From: an uncultured Candidatus Saccharibacteria bacterium
GTDB taxonomy: Bacteria; Patescibacteriota; Saccharimonadia; Saccharimonadales; Saccharimonadaceae
Assembly: GCA_964608555.1 (NCBI GenBank)
Contig: CAZSPU010000002.1
Location: 1,395-65,394 of the forward strand
Direction: 5' to 3'
Length of the DNA stretch: 64,000 bases
Shown here piece by piece: positions 55,688-64,000 of the stretch. The position numbers and the translations under genes were made by a program. The notes beneath the pieces are model-generated. The model was not told where the DNA came from. It searched no databases and worked only from the letters and a program-made list of their open reading frames with translations. The first letter of the stretch is position 1; each line of letters opens with the position of its first letter.

Positions 55688-56746
55688 CTATGCCTCGGCA
55701 ATATAACCGCCACCCAAGCAGATATCGCCATGGTACAGTACCGCTGATTGGCCAGCGGCAGGACGTTTAATCGGCTCGGCAAACTTCAAAGTATCACCTG
55801 CCATCGTGACTGGCAGCAAGGCGGCGCGGTGGCGCAAGCGGACTTGCAAATCCGAGCGTTGGCTCGCCTGCTCGACGTCCCAATGATTGCGCCAATGCAG
55901 ATCTGTTAACTGCAGCGTCGTAGTCCAGAGCCGAGCGTGCTCCAAATTACGGGAAACATAAACAATATTTTGCGCGAGATCTTTTTCTACGACATAATAA
56001 GGCAGACCGCCTCCTAGATAGAGGCCGTGTCGTTGGCCAATTGTATAGTAAATAGCGCCATCATGATATCCTAAGACTTTGCCGGTTTCCTGTTCGCGGA
56101 TTTTGCCAGGTTGAGTGTCGAGAAATTCCTGCAGAAAATCTTTAATACCTACTTCTCCGACAAAGCAAATCCCCATAGACTCCTTCTTGTGAGCCACGTC
56201 CAAGCCGCGCTCTGCCGCTAACTTTTTGACTTCAGGCTTGGTGAGATTCCCGACCGGGAAGAGCGTCCGTGCGGTTGCTTGGTCACTCATACGATAGAGG
56301 AAATAAGTCTGATCTTTATTCTCATCCCGCGCCCGGCGTAACATCGTCTGCTCGCCTGCGCGCTCGGTGCGTGCATAATGCCCAGTAGCGATAAAATCCG
56401 CCCCGGACGCTAAGGCCCGCTCGTAGAAGAGCTTGAATTTGACCAGCTCATTACAAACTACATCGGGGTTCGGCGTGCGTCCTTTCTGAAATTCCGCCAA
56501 TATATAATCTACTACCCGACGCTTATACTCCGCTTCAAAATCCCAAACTTCAAAATCCAGATCAAGCTGGACCGCCACCCGCTTTGCATCGGCCAAATCC
56601 TCGGCCCAAGGGCACTTCATGCCTGGCAGGTCTTTGGACCAGTTTTTCATGTAGACGCCGGTGACATCGTAGCCCTGCTCTTGTAGCAGGATTGCCGAAA
56701 CCGACGAATCCACTCCGCCAGACATCCCGAGATAGACTTTAGGCAT
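55688..56746 (-). CDS. mnmA: tRNA-specific 2-thiouridylase
   Basis: GMSGGVDSSV, TPNPDVVCN, ATGHYAR, KDQTYFL, KKESMGICF, GQSAVLY. Confidence 0.96.
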   Translation of the reverse strand: MPKVYLGMSGGVDSSVSAILLQEQGYDVTGVYMKNWSKDLPGMKCPWAEDLADAKRVAVQLDLDFEVWDFEAEYKRRVVDYILAEFQKGRTPNPDVVCNELVKFKLFYERALASGADFIATGHYARTERAGEQTMLRRARDENKDQTYFLYRMSDQATARTLFPVGNLTKPEVKKLAAERGLDVAHKKESMGICFVGEVGIKDFLQEFLDTQPGKIREQETGKVLGYHDGAIYYTIGQRHGLYLGGGLPYYVVEKDLAQNIVYVSRNLEHARLWTTTLQLTDLHWRNHWDVEQASQRSDLQVRLRHRAALLPVTMAGDTLKFAEPIKRPAAGQSAVLYHGDICLGGGYIAEA

Positions 56747-57959
56747 GGCTACCACCTTTTGCGCTCGCGGTGGCGCGGTCTTGTAAACGTTGGTATTCGC
56801 GCTCCACTTCTTCGCGAATAATTTGCGCAGCTGCCTGAACGTTCTCGATTGTATTAGTACTACCCAAAGAGATGCGAACCGAGCCAGCAATTTCGGTCTC
56901 AGACAAGCCTAGCGCCGTTAAAACATGGGATTTAGAGCCCTTATTGGCGGCACAGGCAGCGCCAGTAGAGAGATAAACTTCTCTTTGCTCAAGACGATAA
57001 ATTAGGCGTTCAGCGTCGATTCCAGGGAAACAAGTCGGGATAAAATTAGCGAGCTGATGCTTGGGATGACCCAGAAAAAGCACCGGGCTCTTGACTTTTA
57101 CGTCATTCTGTGATACAATAGAGATATGTGCCAATTCTGTGCGCAGGATTGATGCCATTTCTTGGTATGTTTTGCGGTGGCTAGAAAGGTGTTTTTTGGC
57201 TTCAGTCAAGGCTGTAGCGAAACCAATCACCCCAGGGACGTTTTCGGTACCGCTGCGCAGTCCACGTTCTTGACCGCCGCCAAAACTCAGTGGCTGCACT
57301 GGAGTTTGGTGCGCCAGATAGAGCGCGCCGACGCCCTTGGGCCCACCACACTTTGCAGCATTGAGCGTCAGCAGGTCAATCCCGAGACGCGCGACATTGA
57401 GGTCGAGCAAGTTCAAAGCCTGCGAAGCGTCAGAATGTAAATAAAGTGGTGTTGTAATACTATCGCGATAGCGCTCCTGCCGAACTATCCGAATCAATTC
57501 AGCGATCTCGGCAATCGGCTGAATCGTACCAATCTCGTTATTAGCCAGCGAAATGGATACGAGGACGACCTCAGGAGTCAACTTGGCGCGAAGGTCGGCT
57601 AAATCAATCAGGCCTGCGCGGTCAACCTTGATCATCTCATAGTCAAACTGCTTGGCGGCTTCGATGACGGCAGCGTGTTCTGTCGCTAGAATCAAGACCT
57701 TGGGCCGCGCCACCGACCGACAAACCGTAAAAGCGAGATTGATGGATTCGGTGGCTCCACTCGTAATAATCAAATCTGTACCCTTGGCGCCGATGGCGTG
57801 AGCAATTTGGCTTTTGGCGGCTTCGTAAGCTTCGCGCACATGCTTGGCGGGTAAATAAGGTGCCGATGGATTAAAAAAATCTTCAGAAAAGTATGGCAGC
57901 ATGGCCGCAAGAGCGCGTGGATGGACTGGTGTCGCCGAAGCGTGATCAAGATAAATCAT
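56739..57959 (-). CDS. iscS: Cysteine desulfurase (IscS/NifS family)
   Basis: IYLDHASATP, NPSA, TSGATES, ANNEIGTIQ, HSDASQ, KCGGPKGVG, RSGTENV, STGAAC; coupled to mnmA. Confidence 0.9.
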   Translation of the reverse strand: MIYLDHASATPVHPRALAAMLPYFSEDFFNPSAPYLPAKHVREAYEAAKSQIAHAIGAKGTDLIITSGATESINLAFTVCRSVARPKVLILATEHAAVIEAAKQFDYEMIKVDRAGLIDLADLRAKLTPEVVLVSISLANNEIGTIQPIAEIAELIRIVRQERYRDSITTPLYLHSDASQALNLLDLNVARLGIDLLTLNAAKCGGPKGVGALYLAHQTPVQPLSFGGGQERGLRSGTENVPGVIGFATALTEAKKHLSSHRKTYQEMASILRTELAHISIVSQNDVKVKSPVLFLGHPKHQLANFIPTCFPGIDAERLIYRLEQREVYLSTGAACAANKGSKSHVLTALGLSETEIAGSVRISLGSTNTIENVQAAAQIIREEVEREYQRLQDRATASAKGGSHA

Positions 57960-58040
57960 GTTTAAATTATAGCATAATTCCCTAGATTTTACTAGGCGTA
58001 GGCATGCCGGCCCTGAATTCAGCCCTATAGATTCCTTACC

Positions 58041-59255
58041 TTATGGGCAGTAGACTTTACCATAAAGGAGCTCTTCGCAATCTTTGCTATCGTAGTCGTA
58101 ATGCTCTTCGTAACCTTTGGCGACGGCGTTATAAAGATCCGTAAAAGAAGTAAACATTTGTTGCATACCGTCAAGACCCAGATCAACGAAAGTGGTCAAA
58201 TTAGGAGCTTCGTTCATGAGAAAATCACTATATTCGTCGCGAGCAGTCTGGAGAGCATCCAACTCAGCGGCCCCAGCTTCAACATCGCCCCAGTAAGCGG
58301 CATTGGCATCGCGATAAGCTAGGGCGAGCTTCAGCCATTCGGTAGCATAGGAAGATAAAGTCTTGTCGCCAGTATTAATCAAGACGTCCGCGGCGGCCTG
58401 GAATTCTTCACGACTACTGTAAGCGGTAAGGTCTGTCAGAAGTAAAATATATTCGTGCCAGGCGCGATAGAGCTTGAGACGTTCATCCAGACCTTTGAGC
58501 TGCGGTAAGGCCGATTGGTAGGCAGAGCGGAAGGTCTCGAATTTTGCGGAGAGTTCAGAATTCTTGCGGATAGCAGAACTTTCACCAAGTACGGTAATGT
58601 ATTCGTTTTTGTCGCTAGCAAAGGCCAAACAATTCTCGATATAAGTATCATAAGTAGCATTAGTGATGCCGTTGTTATTGACGGTATCTACAACGTCTTG
58701 ACAGCTGTTGTTTTTGTAGACGTCGGAAAGTTTGCCGCGCAGATCACGCGCCACGCGATAGGATTCGCCGTAGTCGATATGCAGCAAGACATATGCCACT
58801 ACTCCGCCGATCGCCGCCAAGACAACCACTCCAGCCGTCACCCCGAGAGCAATCCGCAAAGTCTTGCGCTTCTTGGCCTTGCGTGCGAGCTCTTCGGGCG
58901 AAGGCGCGGTAGCGGAAGCGGCATGATTTGAATGCTCCGGAACGCTAATTTTGCCAGAAATTAGAATCTGATAGGCGTCGATTTGAGCCCAGATCACCGT
59001 GCAGCCTAGCACAAAAAAGGCCAAAATATAAACCACCTGCATTACTGCTAGCTCTCCGTACTGCTCGCGCCGGAAAGTGCCGAGCGTAGTAGTATCGATC
59101 ACGGCGGCCGCAATCAGGAGCGTCAGCCCAAGGCCAAAAACTAAAAGATGCGCAACGCCGCGCTTGTATCTACCAGTATAAAAATCGTGTGCACCCGTAA
59201 AGCCCAAGAAAATTCCCAACATACCAGCGACAATGGGGGTTTTTGGTTTTTTCAT
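58041..59255 (-). CDS. TM2-domain membrane protein with large extracellular helical region
   Basis: N-terminal 'GMLGIFLGFTGAHDFYTG' (TM2/NINE-like), a further TM at aa ~135-158. Confidence 0.7.
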   Translation of the reverse strand: MKKPKTPIVAGMLGIFLGFTGAHDFYTGRYKRGVAHLLVFGLGLTLLIAAAVIDTTTLGTFRREQYGELAVMQVVYILAFFVLGCTVIWAQIDAYQILISGKISVPEHSNHAASATAPSPEELARKAKKRKTLRIALGVTAGVVVLAAIGGVVAYVLLHIDYGESYRVARDLRGKLSDVYKNNSCQDVVDTVNNNGITNATYDTYIENCLAFASDKNEYITVLGESSAIRKNSELSAKFETFRSAYQSALPQLKGLDERLKLYRAWHEYILLLTDLTAYSSREEFQAAADVLINTGDKTLSSYATEWLKLALAYRDANAAYWGDVEAGAAELDALQTARDEYSDFLMNEAPNLTTFVDLGLDGMQQMFTSFTDLYNAVAKGYEEHYDYDSKDCEELLYGKVYCP

Positions 59256-59406
59256 GACTTTCTCCGCTTAGAATTGCTAATAACCCAGCTGCAGATTTGG
59301 GCATCGTGCTGGTAATGATTAAAAATATTATAGCATAGTTGCGTACGTTTGCGAAAAAACCCATGAAAAAAATGCCCCCGAAACGGGGGCGTGGCGGAAG
59401 GAGATC

Positions 59407-59919
59407 TTACGAACTCGGCTTGATGTAGCCGGGCGGTGGCGGTAAAACAAACGTTGTCTGCTCAGTCGGGGCAGTAGGCTCGGGAGTTGGCTGTGACTGC
59501 TTTTGGGCGGCCATTTTTCGTTTCTTGGCTTCTGTCTCGCGACGTTTTTGCTCTTTTGCGCAACCTTCACGGTTTGACTTCCAGATCACGCCATAGAGAT
59601 CATCGAGCCCGAGATGGAATATTGCCACACAAAGCAGAATTACTGTAAGTTGAATCAACCCCCCAAAAAAGTGAATTTGGCCAAACAGTACGTCAAGCAA
59701 CAGTTTCCAGATCAGGAAAATTCCCACTGGCAGAGCAGCTACAGCAAAAAGGATTGTCCAAAAAAGCTTATCCCGGCAACAGATACCCCAAAAGGTCTTC
59801 CTAAACTCCTCGTCATAGGCCTCAGAGTCGGATGACCGCTTCCAACAGAGCCGAAGCATTTTACAGAAATTGATCAGCTCTTGCGGACTAATGACCAATG
59901 TCCGCAGTAATTGTTTCAT
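59407..59919 (-). CDS. Hypothetical membrane protein
   Basis: Two TMs, charged and Pro-rich tail; AGGAGG SD; TTGACT-17-TATAAT promoter (59981-60009). Confidence 0.65.
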   Translation of the reverse strand: MKQLLRTLVISPQELINFCKMLRLCWKRSSDSEAYDEEFRKTFWGICCRDKLFWTILFAVAALPVGIFLIWKLLLDVLFGQIHFFGGLIQLTVILLCVAIFHLGLDDLYGVIWKSNREGCAKEQKRRETEAKKRKMAAQKQSQPTPEPTAPTEQTTFVLPPPPGYIKPSS

Positions 59920-60179
59920 GTGCTACACCTCCTAAAATACAAACTCCTGGCTTCCTTCCGATAGCAAGGGTTATACTTCCATTATAGCACAGTTTACATA
60001 AGAAGTCAATATTTAGGCCATTTCCAAGCCGGTAATGCTAGAAAATCCCCTGGATCTGCGGGATAGCGGACTGGCAAAATAGCTTACGAAAATGATCGAT
60101 AATACTGGGAATTCCCTGGATCTGATGCGATTTTGCTAATTATTTGACGTTCCGCTGAGCCAAAATACTCGGAAATTGT

Positions 60180-60902
60180 CTAAATTTGGGCTTTGGGGTG
60201 ATTATAGAGATAGGTTTTGATAATCTTTAGATAAGCGTGAGTCGCATTGCGGAAATTCTCGAGTTCAATGCCATCGAGCTTCAGATAGTTGCCGGCGGAA
60301 ATTTTCTTGTAAACTCCAGAGGTGCGAACCTCGTAGCGTACGGTTTGCTGGCGATGGTGAACGTTCTGATCGTACCAGCTTTCGTGCCAGATCCAGACGT
60401 TTTCGCGATCATGGAAAAATTCACGACGATGGCCCGCCGGAACTGGGCCAAACAAAATACTGCCCAAGCAAGATTCGGCGTTAATCAAATCGGCTCGCGT
60501 CAAGTGCTTGGATGCGTGAAAGGCGCGCACAACGTCGGCCGGATCGCGCATGACATAGGGCTCGATCGGCTCTAGAACTGCCGGAGCTGGGATGTGCGAA
60601 ACGTGATGCTTGGGTGTACGAGAGGATTTTTTGGACTTGGGGCGTAAGGTTTCATTCGAAAAGAAGGTAGTCTGATAAGAGGCCTTCGGGGTATGCGGGA
60701 TCTTAATAGAGGTTTCGGTAATTTTGGCCGAACGCAAATCGGCCGGCTTAGCAAGATGAGCGGACTGAGGATTAGAGGCAGAAGCACGAGTAGACGCTGC
60801 CCGAGAGGTTTTACTTGCGTTACGGAAAGATTTCTTGGACAGTTTATATGTTTTGTAGCTTGCTCTACTAGACCAAATATGTTTTACAGAGACGCACGGC
60901 AT
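60180..60902 (-). CDS. Hypothetical protein (basic low-complexity N-terminus, globular C-terminus)
   Basis: C-terminal 'REFFHDRENVWIWHESW...VRYEVRTSGVYK' looks folded; start uncertain. Confidence 0.6.
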   Translation of the reverse strand: MPCVSVKHIWSSRASYKTYKLSKKSFRNASKTSRAASTRASASNPQSAHLAKPADLRSAKITETSIKIPHTPKASYQTTFFSNETLRPKSKKSSRTPKHHVSHIPAPAVLEPIEPYVMRDPADVVRAFHASKHLTRADLINAESCLGSILFGPVPAGHRREFFHDRENVWIWHESWYDQNVHHRQQTVRYEVRTSGVYKKISAGNYLKLDGIELENFRNATHAYLKIIKTYLYNHPKAQI

Positions 60903-60998
60903 AGCTCGATCTCCCGTGATATATCAGATAATTCCCGATATAAAGCGAGCGACTCGCGTGTAGCCAGGTCTGAAGATCTAGTGTCGTTTAAGTCAAAA

Positions 60999-61781
60999 TT
61001 AGATATGAAATAGTCTGTGCGCATTATTTGTAGTTTGCTCCGCTATTATATTCTCTGCCACACCCATTTTGTCCGCAAGGTAGGCCGCAATATCGCGGAT
61101 ATACCCTGGCTTATTCATTGTACCACGATACGGTACTGGTGTCAAGAAGGGAGCATCTGTTTCTAATAACATCTTTTCTATTGGCGGTAAAGGGAGCGTA
61201 CTGTAAGTAGCTAGGCCGTTGACGCCAACATAAAAATCACGATCAAGGATCTTTTTGAGGATTTTCTTCGAAGCCGTGAAACTATGTACGACGCCAGTAA
61301 TCTTGGGAAAGTTGTCAAGCACTGCCAAGGCGTCATCAAAGGCTTCACGAATATGCAGCGAAACTGGTAATTGCAGATCTTGCGCGAGTTGGAGCATGGT
61401 TTCGAAAAGGTGAATTTGCTGGTCGCGACTGTACGGCTCATAATGATAATCGAGGCCGATCTCCCCAATCGCCACCAATCTCGAATCTGCCCGAGTAGTC
61501 TCCGTACGCAAATGGTCAAAATCGTCCGGTTTCATCGTATAACGCTCAGCGCCCTCGGGGTGAATGCCATAAGTCCAATAAATTCCCTCATGCTCTGCTG
61601 CAAAGTCGGCGGCATGCCAAGAATCATCCGGATCAGTGCCGATGCAAATAATCTTATCGACCCGATTAGCCGATGCGTGCTGCAAAATCTCCGGCACTTG
61701 CTCACGCGAAAACCACTCCTGATCGTGCAAATGGCAGTGTGAATCCACTAAATAACAACTTTCCTGACCTGTTTGACTCAT
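60999..61781 (-). CDS. tatD: TatD family DNase
   Basis: LVDSHCHL, GIHPE, AIGEIGLDY, LHIRE, VVHSF, LLETDAPFLTP; start 6 nt after TGCTATAAT. Confidence 0.93.
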   Translation of the reverse strand: MSQTGQESCYLVDSHCHLHDQEWFSREQVPEILQHASANRVDKIICIGTDPDDSWHAADFAAEHEGIYWTYGIHPEGAERYTMKPDDFDHLRTETTRADSRLVAIGEIGLDYHYEPYSRDQQIHLFETMLQLAQDLQLPVSLHIREAFDDALAVLDNFPKITGVVHSFTASKKILKKILDRDFYVGVNGLATYSTLPLPPIEKMLLETDAPFLTPVPYRGTMNKPGYIRDIAAYLADKMGVAENIIAEQTTNNAHRLFHI

Positions 61782-61939
61782 GAATGCATTATAGCACAAA
61801 AACAAAAGCGCGTCAGACTGACAGAGCTTCCTGAAAATACACGTAGCATGAAAAGCCCCGCCGAAAATCGACGGGGTTAGCTGGGATAAGAGGCGCGAAA
61901 ATCTTCAACGTATGCGAAAATTCAATGAAAAGCGAGAAT

Positions 61940-62602
61940 TCAGCGAAATGCCTTATTTTTACACTCGACATAATTCGCATAAACTTTTCGATAATCATAG
62001 GTCATATCCGCCGATTCCTCAAAGAAGCTGCGCATCAGGTCTTTTTTCTCACGAACTTGGATGTAATACGGGTATTCGTCATCTTCGCTGCGATCAACCC
62101 ACATTACCCAACGTTTGGGATCTTTGTCATTGGATTCGGAAAGATTCAAGGAGAATTCTAGCCAGATAAAGAAATCCGTCGGTTCATAATTGTTGGTTTC
62201 GCAGACCATACCAGATAAACAGCCACTGCATAGCTCGGCCTTAGCCTTTGGGTCGGCGCCGATCGCAAAGAAGCATTCCACTATTTGAGTGAGCGCTCGC
62301 CAGTGCGCATCAGGAATACGCGCGGCGGCATGCGTGGGGATCATAAACTGCTGACAAAGTAGTGCACGGACATCACTGAGATGGATTTCCTCACATTGGT
62401 TCCGCTTGCGGTAGTCCATCAGGTATCCGCGTATGTGTTGGGAGACCAATGCTACGTCGGTCTCGATATCCTTGTCAATTACCCAATGCACAAAATCGTG
62501 AATTGGAGAGAGTATTTTTGTGATACCCCAAATGATCACCACAGTCACACCTAGAGCTAAAACGTCTGGCTGTGTGTAAAAAGCCCATAGCTTTTCTGCC
62601 AT
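61940..62602 (-). CDS. Hypothetical protein with N-terminal TM
   Basis: ORF with own TTGACA promoter near 62692-62719 and terminator near 61855-61878; start uncertain (track gives 62677). Confidence 0.6.
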   Translation of the reverse strand: MAEKLWAFYTQPDVLALGVTVVIIWGITKILSPIHDFVHWVIDKDIETDVALVSQHIRGYLMDYRKRNQCEEIHLSDVRALLCQQFMIPTHAAARIPDAHWRALTQIVECFFAIGADPKAKAELCSGCLSGMVCETNNYEPTDFFIWLEFSLNLSESNDKDPKRWVMWVDRSEDDEYPYYIQVREKKDLMRSFFEESADMTYDYRKVYANYVECKNKAFR

Positions 62603-62786
62603 TTTATCACCATCTTTTCTACAATGTTCAAGCCTTGCCGCTGCTACATAATTCCCCCTTTCTGGTTGCAGCCACAAAACTCAGCTTTCTAATAATAGCA
62701 CAAAATTAAATAATGTCAACGAAGCCGAGGCACCTCGCGTAAGGCCATCTCGTCTTACTGTATGACGTAACTAGCTACCGAAGGGG

Positions 62787-64000
62787 CTAGTTGCGGTTTT
62801 CGCGTTTGCGCTTGATAGGGTCGAGCTGGCGCTTGCGGAGACGGAGAGATTTAGGGGTGACTTCGAGAAGCTCGTCGTCCAAGAGAAAATCAATACATTG
62901 CTCTAGTGAATATTGTGTATAAGGTGTAAGCTGAATGGCGCCGTCGGACGCATGCGTACGCATATTTGTAAGCTGTTTTTCTTTACAAATATTAATATCA
63001 AGATCGTCTTTTTTGTTGCTAAGACCAACGATCATTCCCTGATAGACTGGCACGCCCGGCGGAATGAAGAGAATCCCACGCGCCTGCGCCGCATCAAGGG
63101 CATAGGCAGTGCTCGTACCAGCTTCGAAAGAGATTAAGGCACCATTACGCTCAGGTCTGTAACGACCTTCTGCGACGCGATAGCCTGCTGGCAGAGATGA
63201 CATAATGACCGTACCTTTTGTGGCGGTGAGTAAATTGTTGCGTAAGCCAATCAAAGCGGCAGTAGTAATGTGATACTTAAAACGCGTGCTGCCACTAGAA
63301 GTTAGTTCTTGGCTGATCAAATCGGCGCGCCGGACACCCAGCTCCTGGCTGACCGCGCCAACAAATTCTGGCTCAACTTCAAGTGTAAGCTCTTCGACTG
63401 GTTCGCATTTTTGGCCGTCGATTTCCTTGTAGACGACCTCTGGACGGCCAGTTTCAAGCTCGTAACCTTCGCGACGCATCGTCTCAATCAACACCGATAG
63501 ATGTAATTCGCCGCGGCCAGAGACTTTATAGCCTAGGCCTTCGGGGGCGATTTTGAGGGCGATATTAGTCTCGAGCTCCTGTTTAAGTCGGTCGGCAATT
63601 TGACGCGAAGTGGTGAATTCGCCTTCCTGACCTTTAAGCGGAGAGGTATTGGGTCCAATATAAATACTTAAAGTCGGAGCTTCGAGCTCGATCGTAGGCA
63701 AAGGCTCAGGACTGTCGCCAGTCGCAATTGTATCGCCGATGCTAGCCTGAGCAACACCCGAAATTGCGACAATATCGCCGGCGCTAGCGGATTCGACTTC
63801 TTCGCGGCCAAGGCCTTTGTAAGTAAAAATGCGATCAATTTTCGCTGCGGATGACGTCAGTGGATCTGAAGCGTCCTCTGTAGAATTAGTATGTAAAACT
63901 GTCACGCGTTCGCCCTTTTTGAGGCTGCCGCGGAAAATTTTGCCAATAGCGTATTTGCCAAGATAGCTATCCGCCGCCAGCGCCGCCACTAGGAGCTGCG
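62787..64000 (-). CDS. typA: GTP-binding protein TypA/BipA (5' part outside the window)
   Basis: AGDIVAISG, NTSPLKGQEG..TTSRQI, VSGRGELHLSVLIETMRREGYE, YQGMIVG, KQLTNMR, LDDELLEVTPKSLRLRK. Confidence 0.95.
   Translation of the reverse strand, partial: QLLVAALAADSYLGKYAIGKIFRGSLKKGERVTVLHTNSTEDASDPLTSSAAKIDRIFTYKGLGREEVESASAGDIVAISGVAQASIGDTIATGDSPEPLPTIELEAPTLSIYIGPNTSPLKGQEGEFTTSRQIADRLKQELETNIALKIAPEGLGYKVSGRGELHLSVLIETMRREGYELETGRPEVVYKEIDGQKCEPVEELTLEVEPEFVGAVSQELGVRRADLISQELTSSGSTRFKYHITTAALIGLRNNLLTATKGTVIMSSLPAGYRVAEGRYRPERNGALISFEAGTSTAYALDAAQARGILFIPPGVPVYQGMIVGLSNKKDDLDINICKEKQLTNMRTHASDGAIQLTPYTQYSLEQCIDFLLDDELLEVTPKSLRLRKRQLDPIKRKRENRN

Noticed and set aside
60046-60125. CCCTGGATCTG occurring twice
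   Set aside because: Only an 11-bp pair with no further structure; could be chance.
999-63500. Numerous overlapping short or antisense ORFs in the track (e.g. 999-1514, 27739-28242, 32306-32896, 33145-33852, 53673-54236)
   Set aside because: They are shadows of well-supported genes on the opposite strand or frame, with no motifs, SD or promoter.
1-64000. tRNA or rRNA genes, transposases, prophage genes
   Set aside because: No T-loop/D-loop signatures, rRNA-like sequence, or integrase/transposase/phage structural motifs were recognised by eye; a tRNAscan-SE/Infernal run would be needed to exclude them fully.

Overview
Bacterial chromosomal segment, most likely Candidatus Saccharibacteria (Patescibacteria/CPR). 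This is inferred from the gene repertoire: homodimeric GlyRS, short AlaRS, class I aldolase, CPR-type pilin and compact housekeeping genes. It carries about 50 CDS, including glyQS, ppa, rarA, recO, xseAB, rpmA, rplY, uvrA, sbcB, trxB, pheST, metG, rsmA, uvrD, alaS, mnmA, iscS, tatD and a partial typA, plus orphan membrane proteins. The main unexplained structure is a dispersed family of about 210-bp intergenic cassettes: 9 complete and 1 truncated copy, at 5 loci, some in tandem. Each has an invariant 13-bp 5' arm (TTCGTGCGTAGTG), a conserved ~40-bp 3' arm (CCTCTCCGCTGCCTAGTACGGTAGGGATAATGGTAATGGA) and a hypervariable core that is always in frame and stop-free. The core encodes the C-terminal part of a FISUMP/C-type-lectin-like domain (FVRS...W[ST]...G.[PS]LRCLVR*). 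No copy has an N-terminal gene body, and no reverse transcriptase, recombinase or full-length recipient gene lies in the window. It looks like a silent variable-domain library for surface-protein diversification, possibly DGR-related. Other finds: two paralogous type I toxin-antitoxin-like modules, a duplicated promoter+sRNA motif, a structured ncRNA candidate, a 34-bp duplication of the alaS 5' end flanking a structured insert, a CHAP domain lacking both catalytic residues, a PfkB-like/aldolase fusion, a degenerate CRISPR-like repeat series, and a split between leaderless and Shine-Dalgarno-led genes. All calls come from reading the sequence; no database searches were run.
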